Source: a virus
Taxonomy: Duplodnaviria; Heunggongvirae; Uroviricota; Caudoviricetes
Reading direction: 5' to 3' (one strand)
Length of the DNA stretch: 64,000 bases
Virus record (IMG/VR): IMGVR_UViG_3300002641_000714
The notes below the pieces were generated by a model. The model searched no databases. It was not told where the DNA came from and worked only from the letters and a program-made list of their open reading frames with translations. The translations under genes and the position numbers were made by a program. Below, piece by piece: positions 29,023 to 38,822 of this stretch. Every line of letters begins with the position of its first letter. Position 1 is the stretch's first letter.

Positions 29023-30480
29023 TTAAAATTTATAATGTTCATCAATATACTTATATAATGCATCTGGTGTATTCTCAACAATATTATCAAGAACTGCATC
29101 TTTAATAAGTTGTTTAATTTCACCGACTTGCCGACTTGGTGTCAAATGATAACGAATCATAATATCATCTCCAGATACACATGGTTGGAACAATCGCACA
29201 TAATCTTTTTGCTTAAGATCTTCAATACGTTGTTTCAATTCATCATATTGTTTCCAGAAATTTTTCTTCTTCTCTTCATGTTTCGTTGTAATATCGGCTT
29301 TTGCCAAAATTAACAACTCATCAATATAACCATTTGCATCATGAACAAGACGACGTACAGCAGCATCAGTTACACCCTCATCACAAATTGCTTGAGGCCT
29401 CATATGCATACGAACCATAGTCTCTACAAAGTCCATATTTTCATCCAGAGGCATCTTCATGCGGCTGAATATAGATTTTATCATCTTAGCTCCTACATAT
29501 TCGTGGTTGTCAAAAGACCAGCCTTTATGAGCATTCCAAGATCTGGTTTTCATTTTACCAATATCATGAAATAATGCGGCAATACGAAGCCATACATTAT
29601 CAGACTGTTTAGTAACATTGTCAAGTACATGCAAAGTATGCCAGAAAATATTTTTGTGGCCACGTACATACTCAGATACAGTTGAAGCTCTGGTAGTATC
29701 CATTTCTACCAATTCTGGTAAAAACTTTTTAAGTAAACCAAAATTTTTCAGAATTTCAATTCCGTCTTTTGCATGATTAGATGCCATGATTTTCATAAAC
29801 TCTGTAGTAATTCGCTCAGCAGAAATAATATCAAGACGATCTACATTTCGTATAATTCCATCTTGAGTTTTCTGATCAATTCCGAAATCAAGCTTGCACA
29901 TAAAACGAACAGCCCGAAGCATACGTAGTGGGTCATCACTGAATGTAGTATCAGGATCTACAGGAGTCCGAATAATTTTATTCTTCAGATCTTCAATTCC
30001 GTTAAACGGATCAACCAACTCACCAAAATGTTCAGCATTAAGTTGAATAGCCATAGCATTAATTGTAAAATCACGGCGAAGCTGATCATCTTCAAGAGTT
30101 CCATCCTCTACAATAGGTTTACGAGAACCACGTTCATATGATTCTTTACGAGCACCGACAAATTCTACTTCCCAATTTCCAAAATGAACCTGGGCTGTAC
30201 CAAAGTTTTCAAATATTGATAATTTAATATTGTCAAAATTTGATTCCCTTTTCAAATATTCTGTAAAAGCCTCTGCAATTTTCTGTCCCTTTCCGACTAC
30301 CACAACGTCAATATCATCATTGGGCCTGCCAAGAATTAAATCACGAACATAACCGCCGACAACATAACATGGATATTGTAAAGTGTCAGCAACCTTCTGA
30401 ATATTGCAAAGAACTCCAAAAATATCTGGAGTTTTTTGAATTTCTTTTAGAATTGTATTTTTATCAAATTGTGTTAACAT
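29023..30480 (-). CDS. cca: CCA-adding tRNA nucleotidyltransferase with an HD domain
   Basis: GGYVRDLILGRPNDDIDVVV and RRDFTINAMA (class-II nucleotidyltransferase head) plus HD-domain motifs HTLHVLD and HDIGK. Confidence 0.8.
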   Translation of the reverse strand: MLTQFDKNTILKEIQKTPDIFGVLCNIQKVADTLQYPCYVVGGYVRDLILGRPNDDIDVVVVGKGQKIAEAFTEYLKRESNFDNIKLSIFENFGTAQVHFGNWEVEFVGARKESYERGSRKPIVEDGTLEDDQLRRDFTINAMAIQLNAEHFGELVDPFNGIEDLKNKIIRTPVDPDTTFSDDPLRMLRAVRFMCKLDFGIDQKTQDGIIRNVDRLDIISAERITTEFMKIMASNHAKDGIEILKNFGLLKKFLPELVEMDTTRASTVSEYVRGHKNIFWHTLHVLDNVTKQSDNVWLRIAALFHDIGKMKTRSWNAHKGWSFDNHEYVGAKMIKSIFSRMKMPLDENMDFVETMVRMHMRPQAICDEGVTDAAVRRLVHDANGYIDELLILAKADITTKHEEKKKNFWKQYDELKQRIEDLKQKDYVRLFQPCVSGDDIMIRYHLTPSRQVGEIKQLIKDAVLDNIVENTPDALYKYIDEHYKF

Positions 30481-30526
30481 ATTAAATTATAATTAATTTT
30501 TGTAATTTGTTTCTGTATATGTTTAA

Positions 30527-30766
30527 TTAATCACATTTATATTCGTTAATTAACTCATCAAGATTATAAAATACAACTCTTCCATCACATGGCTGATAAA
30601 ATCGTACATCAATTAAATATGTATATTTTAATGTACAATTTATATCATTCATTTCATCTGCAACTATTCTTGAATATAGTGAACCTCCCATTGTATTAAA
30701 TAGTTCAGATTTCTTTTTTAATTCACAAAGTAAATCATAAATATCTTTTTTGTTTTCTATATTCAT
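30527..30766 (-). CDS. Hypothetical protein
   Basis: 79-aa ORF with a TAA stop. Confidence 0.45.
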   Translation of the reverse strand: MNIENKKDIYDLLCELKKKSELFNTMGGSLYSRIVADEMNDINCTLKYTYLIDVRFYQPCDGRVVFYNLDELINEYKCD

Positions 30767-30776
30767 AATTATAATA

Positions 30777-30829
30777 TTTTTAAATTCGATGCAAAATTAA
30801 TACTTTTTTCTTAAATTAAAAAATAGAAG
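30777..30829 (-). promoter_or_regulatory. Conserved early/middle promoter-like motif
   Basis: ttttaaattcgatgcaaaattaatacttttttcttaaattaaaaaatagaag. Confidence 0.55.
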
Positions 30830-30832
30830 TCA

Positions 30833-31441
30833 TTAATACATATTATGATTTAATAGAAGCTTTACAACTTTAGGCAATTTCTTAATATTTTCCTGATCAT
30901 AACCTGCAAATGCAAAATGTTTATAGTATTCTGGTTCATTTCCGAATCCACAAATAATATTAGTTATTTTAATTTCACTGTCGGCAATCATCATACAACC
31001 GTCTATATCAGTTACATCTATATATTTTGTACCAGCAGGAACTTCTACAATACCGATTGCTGGATAATGAGAGGTTTTTGTAAAATGTGCAATATTATAA
31101 AGAATATTACTAAAGATGTTTGCACTGTTATCAGTCATTTGAAAATCAAATACCAATGGCATCTCTTGCAAGCAATTTCCACATTTGATAGTAATTGCAT
31201 CATTACTATTATTATCTTCATCATACAATTTCAAATCATGAAATTTAACATTGCCATGCAAATATTTAGCATTAACCGTTCTAAACATTCCAGTTGGCCA
31301 ATAATGATGAAGAAGAATATCTCCATAAATGTCAATTTCCAATGGAATTGCATACTTACAAGTTTCTTTAGTTGTTTGAAGTTTTTTAAGTTCTTTTGTG
31401 GTGAAAACTTCTTGTTCTCCAAATGTTTTAATTGTTGCCAT
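30833..31441 (-). CDS. Hypothetical protein
   Basis: 202-aa ORF with a TAA stop. Confidence 0.55.
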   Translation of the reverse strand: MATIKTFGEQEVFTTKELKKLQTTKETCKYAIPLEIDIYGDILLHHYWPTGMFRTVNAKYLHGNVKFHDLKLYDEDNNSNDAITIKCGNCLQEMPLVFDFQMTDNSANIFSNILYNIAHFTKTSHYPAIGIVEVPAGTKYIDVTDIDGCMMIADSEIKITNIICGFGNEPEYYKHFAFAGYDQENIKKLPKVVKLLLNHNMY

Positions 31442-31453
31442 AGTTGATATTAT

Positions 31454-31505
31454 TTTTAATTACGATGCAAAATTAATACTTTTTATTTAAATTAAAAAAT
31501 AGAAG
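31454..31505 (-). promoter_or_regulatory. Conserved early/middle promoter-like motif
   Basis: ttttaattacgatgcaaaattaatactttttatttaaattaaaaaatagaag. Confidence 0.55.
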
Positions 31506-31570
31506 TTAATAAAATATCAAAAAACACTACCTAAAATTAGGTAGTGTTATATTATCTATTAATTATTTCA

Positions 31571-32395
31571 TTATCGTCTAATATTCCACATATGTTGGGA
31601 AGAACCATCAAACAATACATCAATATTTGCGCCTTGCTTTTGTTCAATAATAGACCATGCACGTAATTGAATATATTGATCCGGAGACAAATTCATTTCA
31701 CGCATATACGCTTTATCAGCTTTTGCACGTTGTTTTTCCGCTGATTCTCGAACAGTTTCCATTTCTTTTAAACGTTCTTGAGTTTTAGTTTTCTGAATAG
31801 CAGCCGCGGTAAGATTCATTTCTTTCTTTTGTTCCTCATTAGGACTAGCTTTTCCTGTTGTGACAGAAATAATTCTAATTGGCATATCAGCATCTTGTGA
31901 TTTATACTCGACATATTTACGCATATATTCTAATACAATAGAGTCAATTTTTGCATTTACTTCACGATTAGAAATCAAATCGAATGGGCTATACAATGAA
32001 ACACAATCCCTTACTTTATTTCGATAAACCTGTTGAATATTATTTTTATACCAATCGCTTCCATAATTTTGTAATAGAATTGGTGTTTTACCTTTCTCAA
32101 CCTGTATAACAATATATGTGCTAAAATCCAAAGGTGTATTATCATTTGAAAAAATATCATCAAATGTTTCATCATATTGTACTGGAACAATTTTAAACGG
32201 AACACCATATGTAGTTACTGCACACCATTCCAGACCGGTACTAACAGGTGATTTATCTACACCACCATGGCCAAAAAACCAGGGTTGCATAACAAGTACA
32301 GCTTCCTCATCAGCGTTAACCTCTACTGAATGACATGAAGACAAAGTAAACATTGCAAATACTGCAATACTGAAAAAATAAAAAATTTTCTTCAT
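31571..32395 (-). CDS. Lipoprotein with an SPFH/band-7-like coiled region
   Basis: Signal peptide plus lipobox (FTLSSC). TAA stop. Confidence 0.5.
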   Translation of the reverse strand: MKKIFYFFSIAVFAMFTLSSCHSVEVNADEEAVLVMQPWFFGHGGVDKSPVSTGLEWCAVTTYGVPFKIVPVQYDETFDDIFSNDNTPLDFSTYIVIQVEKGKTPILLQNYGSDWYKNNIQQVYRNKVRDCVSLYSPFDLISNREVNAKIDSIVLEYMRKYVEYKSQDADMPIRIISVTTGKASPNEEQKKEMNLTAAAIQKTKTQERLKEMETVRESAEKQRAKADKAYMREMNLSPDQYIQLRAWSIIEQKQGANIDVLFDGSSQHMWNIRR

Positions 32396-32418
32396 AATTA
32401 AAATAAATTTTATTGTTT

Positions 32419-33081
32419 TTAAATAATATTAATTTGACATGATTTCATTACTTCAAGTGCAGCTTTGTGTTTTTCTGGAGTAACTCCAGCACAACATTTG
32501 CTATCCACTGTAATCTCTGCAAAATTATATGTATATGCTTTAAGAATAAGTGCATTAGAAACTACACAAATATCTGTACAGAATCCACACATTTCAATTT
32601 CCATTGGAATATAATTAATATGCCCATTATTTTTAATAATATGATTAATAAATCCATTGTTTTTAATATGTTGAAATGTTCGGTCTTTTTCAAAATTTAA
32701 AACGGTGTCTTTAAGAGTTGATGCAATTTCACCATCTTCAATATAAACTGGATCAACAGAACCAAATGTATTTTTACGAATATATTTAATTTCACATCCT
32801 TGTTTAGCTTTTACTAAGACTGCTTGATAAATAGATTCTTCAATTCGCCACCCTTCACTATTGACCATACAATGTTCAACCGGAAGTTTTTTACCTTCTG
32901 ATGTATCAAGATAATCAAAATAATGAGTGTCCATTGTTAGATAAATTGCATCACCATCAAATGATAAAATTTTGTCAACAATATTTAGAACTGCTTTTTG
33001 AGCATCTTTATTTGCTAATGTGCCAGTAATAAAATCATTCTGTGCATCAACTACTACTAAAACTTTAATCTTATTTTCCAT
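32419..33081 (-). CDS. pncA: Nicotinamidase (isochorismatase family)
   Basis: VLVVVDAQNDFITG and HCMVNSEGWRI match E. coli PncA (LLLVDLQNDF, HCVQNSEGAQL). Catalytic-Cys block IEMCGFCTDICV. Confidence 0.8.
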   Translation of the reverse strand: MENKIKVLVVVDAQNDFITGTLANKDAQKAVLNIVDKILSFDGDAIYLTMDTHYFDYLDTSEGKKLPVEHCMVNSEGWRIEESIYQAVLVKAKQGCEIKYIRKNTFGSVDPVYIEDGEIASTLKDTVLNFEKDRTFQHIKNNGFINHIIKNNGHINYIPMEIEMCGFCTDICVVSNALILKAYTYNFAEITVDSKCCAGVTPEKHKAALEVMKSCQINII

Positions 33082-33083
33082 AA

Positions 33084-33878
33084 TTAAATTAATGTTTTTG
33101 CTTTTTCTAACAAATCTTTAAAACAATTCATAAAATTCTCTGCCATTTCTTTTGTTGGAAAAGATAATGGTTGTGATATTGAAGAATATTGCATAATATT
33201 AATTTTGTTGAGCCGATAACCAATACACCAGTATACTTCAGCATTATTCCAAACAGGCTTCCAATCACGAATCCATGCTTTACGCAATCTAATTAAGCGT
33301 CCAAATGCAATAAGTGCATCTGCATCATCCCCATCAAAGCCGTGTGCAAATTTTGGAATATAATGCGTATGCTTTTCATATGGATAAAAATTATCACAGT
33401 AATCATCCCATGTTTTTGGATATTTTGGTTTTAATTCATCTTCAGTAAAAGCTCTAAGAGCAAATTCACGGAGTTTTCCACCGGCATTATACATTTCTTG
33501 TGCTTCTTCTAATGTAAGTTTAAATGCCCGTGTATTTTCATCTATATCACCATATCGATTTTTAATAACTACTCCATCTACCATAACTTTGTTTGCACAA
33601 TTTTTAAATTTATTTGCAGAGTCAATAGTATTTAATGTAGTTTTATCAAACTCCAAAGTTACGGTAGAATTAACAATTCCATTATTAGATTTAGGTATAA
33701 AATTATCTACTTTCTCTAGTTGGTATGAATAAAAATATGTATTTGGCAACTCTTTAAGTATATATATATTTCGTTTATCACCATTAATATATCTTACATA
33801 ACAAATTGTATATATTTTATTATTTGCCTGATCTTTGCGGTGAACCTTATCGCCAACTTTAAATTTAGATTTTTCCAT
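33084..33878 (-). CDS. Hypothetical protein
   Basis: 264-aa ORF with a TAA stop. Confidence 0.55.
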   Translation of the reverse strand: MEKSKFKVGDKVHRKDQANNKIYTICYVRYINGDKRNIYILKELPNTYFYSYQLEKVDNFIPKSNNGIVNSTVTLEFDKTTLNTIDSANKFKNCANKVMVDGVVIKNRYGDIDENTRAFKLTLEEAQEMYNAGGKLREFALRAFTEDELKPKYPKTWDDYCDNFYPYEKHTHYIPKFAHGFDGDDADALIAFGRLIRLRKAWIRDWKPVWNNAEVYWCIGYRLNKINIMQYSSISQPLSFPTKEMAENFMNCFKDLLEKAKTLI

Positions 33879-33905
33879 AAGTTTTTAAAATTTTAAAATT
33901 TATAA

Positions 33906-34316
33906 TTAATTATCTGTAATATCTTTAGTTTCTCCACATTCATTACATTTAATATTTACACAATGTCCTAATCCTCCCGGAGTAATTTCATATGTAAATT
34001 GTTGTTTCATTGTAGATAAGAATGTTTTACTTTGTTCTGAGTCTTCAATATGGGAATGCGTATTTTTAAATTCCATTGCTGCTTTAGTTTCATTATCTGT
34101 TAATTCAAAAACAATATTTGTTTTCCCATTTTGATAACATGGTTCCAAATCAATATTTTTTCCAGTATTTGGATGTCCGCATATTGGACATTTCCATACA
34201 TATTCGTCATTTGCAACTTTTGGCATTCCAAATTGTAAAGCAGACTCATGCATATCATCAATACTTGCAACAAAATCTCTATTACAATATTCACAATGAC
34301 ATTTATAATATGTCAT
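33906..34316 (-). CDS. Hypothetical zinc-ribbon protein
   Basis: CHCEYCN...CPICGH...CNECG Cys pairs. TAA stop. Confidence 0.5.
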   Translation of the reverse strand: MTYYKCHCEYCNRDFVASIDDMHESALQFGMPKVANDEYVWKCPICGHPNTGKNIDLEPCYQNGKTNIVFELTDNETKAAMEFKNTHSHIEDSEQSKTFLSTMKQQFTYEITPGGLGHCVNIKCNECGETKDITDN

Positions 34317-34383
34317 ATAATATTCCTTTTCTGCCTAATCTAGTGTTCTAATCATATATTTTTATTTTAATTTTTATTTATTT

Positions 34384-35151
34384 TTAGTCCCACCAACCTT
34401 CAATTCCAGATCCATCAAATAATTCTACCTGTGCATCATAAGAACTAAAGTTCTTCTTTTCCTCTTCAGATAATGATTCATATTTTTCTTTAACCATTTG
34501 GCCAAGTTTATCATTATCTTGCCCGAGAATTAATTTAAATATTTTATCATAATGAGCTTTACGTGCTTTCTTTAATGCATTAGCATGACGTTCTTTAGCT
34601 TTTGCAACGGTTTCATCATCTTTATAATTGAATGATACTGAACCATCTGAATATTTTATGATTTTTTCAAGATATGTATCTCGAGGAAAACGCTCATCTA
34701 CTTCTAATTCATAATCTCGCTTAATTTCGGTAATTAACTCTTTAATTGCTGCTATTTTTTTATTACGAGATGCTTCTTCTTCATAACCATAATATTCCAT
34801 TGTATTTGCAAGTTGTTTAAGTCCAAATACAAATAAATCCAATTGGTATTCATAACTCCATGAACGCCATGATTTAATCATTGGTTGAAAACGTTTCAAA
34901 TTACTAAAATACCATTTTGTATCAATCCACCAATCTCTTACATTCCAACCAATACGGAATACAAAAAAATCTTTTATCTTTTCATACCATTTTTTATTAT
35001 TATGACGATCTTCAAAATCATCTTTAAAATAATCATCAAAACTAGTCCATTCCTTAACCGGAACAGCCTCTTTAGCTTTTTCAATTGATTGTTTAGCATT
35101 TTCAAGATTAAATCTTTTGATGCCTTTTTCACTTAATACTTGACTTTTCAT
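34384..35151 (-). CDS. Hypothetical protein
   Basis: 255-aa ORF with a TAA stop. Confidence 0.55.
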   Translation of the reverse strand: MKSQVLSEKGIKRFNLENAKQSIEKAKEAVPVKEWTSFDDYFKDDFEDRHNNKKWYEKIKDFFVFRIGWNVRDWWIDTKWYFSNLKRFQPMIKSWRSWSYEYQLDLFVFGLKQLANTMEYYGYEEEASRNKKIAAIKELITEIKRDYELEVDERFPRDTYLEKIIKYSDGSVSFNYKDDETVAKAKERHANALKKARKAHYDKIFKLILGQDNDKLGQMVKEKYESLSEEEKKNFSSYDAQVELFDGSGIEGWWD

Positions 35152-35154
35152 GTT

Positions 35155-35499
35155 TTAAATATTTTTATTTTCAAAATATGTATTTATACTTGGAAATAAT
35201 TCCCCATCATTTTCATTGTTAATATTTTTTGCATATTTTTTAAATGCTTCAATAAATGCATTCACATCTTCATAATATGAAGTGTCTGGATCATACCAGT
35301 CAAAATTAGGAAATCTTTTACATATAATTCGAGATATTTCATCTGAAAATACTTTATGATATAATTTTTCCCATGCAGTATCATCATATATTTTACTATA
35401 ATCATGATTATTTTCAAAAGCTTTATCACGTGCTATATTATATAAATATTCCAAATATTCTGCGATTTCTTGTGCAGATGCGGTTTCAATTGTTTTCAT
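35155..35499 (-). CDS. Hypothetical protein
   Basis: 114-aa ORF with a TAA stop. Confidence 0.5.
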   Translation of the reverse strand: MKTIETASAQEIAEYLEYLYNIARDKAFENNHDYSKIYDDTAWEKLYHKVFSDEISRIICKRFPNFDWYDPDTSYYEDVNAFIEAFKKYAKNINNENDGELFPSINTYFENKNI

Positions 35500-35547
35500 G
35501 AATTTTATTGTTTATAATTTTATTTCAAAATTCAAAAAAGTTTCTAA

Positions 35548-35985
35548 TTATTTGAATTCCCAATATCCGTAAACACATCGCTCACCATCACGGCCACAAT
35601 CATATGTATCATTAATAACACCATTAATAACCGCGGTCAAGTGCTTACTGACACTACATACGATTTTTCCTTGCATAGGAATTTCATTAACACGAAGGTG
35701 TGCTTTACAACCGGTTCCAATACCCATTAATGGATGCCATGTGCCACCAAGTTGTTTTGCCACTTTTTTACAAATAGATTTCTTTACACCATTGCGCGGT
35801 GATTCTTTTGCATTCTTGAATATAAGATTATATACTTCTTTATAATCTTTACCAGCTGCAATTGCAAATGCACGAGTTACACAATCACCGACTTTTTGTG
35901 CTTTGAAATACCGTGATCTGCCTCCGTCATTGTATTGGAATGCAAGATTCTTTCCATCACTGTCTCTTTGAATTAGTTGTGCCAT
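35548..35985 (-). CDS. Hypothetical protein
   Basis: 145-aa ORF with a TAA stop. Confidence 0.5.
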   Translation of the reverse strand: MAQLIQRDSDGKNLAFQYNDGGRSRYFKAQKVGDCVTRAFAIAAGKDYKEVYNLIFKNAKESPRNGVKKSICKKVAKQLGGTWHPLMGIGTGCKAHLRVNEIPMQGKIVCSVSKHLTAVINGVINDTYDCGRDGERCVYGYWEFK

Positions 35986-35996
35986 ATAACTATAAA

Positions 35997-36485
35997 TTAT
36001 TTGCTAAAAACTTCTTTAAATTCATTAATTGCTTTTATTTCATCTTCTGTTGCAAGACGATAACAATGATCTGTATGAACAGTTTCCCATTCTGGCGATA
36101 GATTTGTAGTGTTTACTGCATATTCTAAATAAGATTCGCCCATAATAGTTAATTTTACAATTCCTGCCAAATGTGCATTTGCAACATAATCACCTACTTC
36201 AAAACCTGTTGACAAACATATAATTTTATCACCATTTTCAAGAATACCATCATTTTTGCATAACAATAAATTAGAATCATTTTCTTTTTTGAAAATAAAA
36301 TATTCTATTTTATTTTCTTCAAAAATTCCAACACACCGAAGTTTAGAATCATCTGACTCTAATTTAAATTTTCTAATATATCCGAATCGTATATCTAAAT
36401 AAATATATTCATTATTTAAATATATTTCTTCATAATCTTCTTTATTTAAAACATTTGGTAAAAGTGTATAAACTGTTGTTTTCAT
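35997..36485 (-). CDS. Hypothetical protein
   Basis: 162-aa ORF with a TAA stop. The promoter-like motif is upstream at 36496-36548. Confidence 0.5.
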   Translation of the reverse strand: MKTTVYTLLPNVLNKEDYEEIYLNNEYIYLDIRFGYIRKFKLESDDSKLRCVGIFEENKIEYFIFKKENDSNLLLCKNDGILENGDKIICLSTGFEVGDYVANAHLAGIVKLTIMGESYLEYAVNTTNLSPEWETVHTDHCYRLATEDEIKAINEFKEVFSK

Positions 36486-36495
36486 AACTATATTA

Positions 36496-36548
36496 TTTTT
36501 AATTACGATGCAAAATTAATAAAATTATTTCAAACTAAAAAATAGAAG
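36496..36548 (-). promoter_or_regulatory. Conserved early/middle promoter-like motif
   Basis: ttttaattacgatgcaaaattaataaaattatttcaaactaaaaaatagaag. Confidence 0.5.
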
Positions 36549-36561
36549 TTAAAAAATAAAA

Positions 36562-36585
36562 GAGGAAACTCTTTCGAATTTCCTC
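36562..36585 (-). terminator. Terminator hairpin downstream of the putative capsid gene
   Basis: gaggaaa / tttcctc stem. On the minus strand it is followed by TTTTATTTTTT. Confidence 0.55.
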
Positions 36586-36632
36586 CTATTATCGAAATTA
36601 TTGTAATAATTTCTTAAGCTTTAACTTATTAA

Positions 36633-38552
36633 TTAAAGTCCTACGCAGTTTACATAGAATGTAATATATTGTGTTTCAGGATAGAAACCTGCATCTACAA
36701 GAGCGTAACGAGATTTAATCATAAGTTTTGGAGCCATTGTACCTTCAGCGATAATACGTACAACTTCAGCCATTACATATGGGCAGAAGTGAACACCTGG
36801 TTCATCTTTACCACCTTTACGACCAACTAATACACGAGTATCATTAGCTTTCATCAATGGATCAACGTAAACAGTTAAACCGCAAACAGTACCGATTGGG
36901 TAAAGTTGACCAGCAGTTTGTTTAACAGTATTCTCAATTGGTGAGAAGCTATAGTGTGCATCAGATTGTAACAATGTAGCAACACGGATATTAGTTACAA
37001 CGAATGTAGCAGCACCGTAACGACCACGTTGTTGGATCCAGTTAGAAGCAGCTAAGATGTTTGTGAAGATTCTCTTGATAAGAGTGTCACGGTTCTCGAA
37101 GTTAGCACCTTCAATAACACCCATTGGAAGTACTGGTATGCTAACCATTCTTTGAGAAGCATAACGTTGTTCTTGTTCAAGATATTCACCTTCTGGAATT
37201 GCATATGTAGCCCAGTCAAGATTACTAGGATTTTCTGCATCGAATTTTCTGAAGTTTAAGTTTAAGCATGCGCCAAGACCTTCAACTTCTACCATACGAG
37301 CGTGGTTTTTCCAACCAAGAGCAAACAAACGAGATGTGATGTGACGGTTGATAGTTTGAGAAAGTTCGTTTACACCAGCATTCTCAACAATCTTTAATAC
37401 ATCAATACCCCATTGTTTTTGGAGGTCAGTAACTTGTTCTTGAGTTACAGCACAAGCAACTTGGATAGTACCAACTTGGATGTTCTTTGTGAAGAGTTGT
37501 AATGAGATTTGACGAGCAGGAGTCATTTCACCTGTTGCACGGCTCATTGGTTCAAAAAGAACAGTACCATCTTGATATGTACCAGCCCATGCATCTTCAT
37601 CATGGTCACCAGCACCAGCAAAACCAAGAAGTTGATCCTCTAACATAGAGATTAATTTAGCACCTCTAACTGTAAGAGTAATTGCAGGAGTTTCACTTAC
37701 AAGTTCAACATCCTTTAAGAATGTTTCACCAAGAGATTGGTCGCCATCAACAACTTTGAACATTGGATCACCATCAATACGGCTCCAACCAATAAATTCA
37801 ACTGTAAGATGTTTATCAGCATCCTCAAATCTTACACCAGCTTTTAAACCAGCTTGTTCAAGCTCATATTTGTATTTAACAACTGGATCTGAACCTTGTG
37901 GAACAAGAACAGCTTTAAATGCATGTGGAAGTCCATAAAGACGGAAAGCAGCTGCGCCATTAATTGGTTTTTCTTCATTTGGCCAATTCTCTGGGAATGC
38001 TTTTGTAGAAGAATCAACAGCCATACGACGTTTGTTATAAACATGTGGATTAGCGCTGAATCTATCATATGCAGGAGTTGCACCATATGGTTGTTTGCTA
38101 CCGCTATATACATAGTCCATATAAGGAAGAACACCACTAGGACCTGCAAGAGGAGTAGTATTTACAAGTTCAAAACCAATAGTTTTAGCAGCAACCTTCA
38201 TTGCTAATGGAAGAAGTGCAGGGAATTTGTCACCTGAACCAAGAATTTTATCATCAGCCTATTGTGCGCCGGTCATTGCAGCCATTTTAGGAGCAACTAC
38301 ATTACCAACACCAAGAGTATTGTAAAGGTTGTTATATGGAGCATATGCACCACCGAACTCTGAGAATGCGTTAGCACCCATTTCAGGAGCAGATTCATTT
38401 AAGGATTTAGCTGTGTTGTGAGCAAGTTGACTCATCCAAGCAAGCTTTTCTGGATCCTTAACACCAGTTGTACGAGTAATCATTGGAGCCCAAGCTTCAT
38501 TGATCATTTGCTCTGCATTTTTAGCAGTAGCTTTTTGATTGTTTACTTTCAT
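36633..38552 (-). CDS. Putative major capsid protein (639 aa, 1 in-frame TAG)
   Basis: The track ORFs 38259..38552 and 36633..38201 share one frame ((38552-36633+1)/3=640) and are joined through the TAG at 38259-38261. The region is visibly more GC-rich with biased codons (ggt, gca, aac, ttc, atc), as expected for a highly expressed structural gene. The Gly/Ala-rich N-terminus is typical of processed capsid proteins. The late-type motif is upstream. The functional call is tentative. Confidence 0.5.
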
Positions 38553-38822
38553 ATTATTTTTTATAATTATTTTTTATTTAGTGTGTTATCTATAAAAAAG
38601 ATAACGGATAATCATTTTTCTAAATCTTTAATTAATCTTAATCATTTAATATGTCTATTTCGTAAATTTATTTTCTCTATACTAATAAATCTCTAAAATG
38701 AACGAGATGTGTTTTTGTTTCTTACATTACTCTTTCATATTAATTAAGACAGAAAGATAATTATATTTGTATTTTATTTATTTATTTTCTTAAAAAATGT
38801 TAAAAATGCAAAAATGCATATT

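Noticed and set aside
8320-36548. The recurring ~55-nt motif considered as CRISPR repeats
   Set aside because: Copies are 0.2 to 5 kb apart rather than regularly spaced by ~30-40-nt spacers. They are always intergenic and immediately upstream of a start codon in one orientation, with terminators upstream. This is promoter behaviour, not a CRISPR array.
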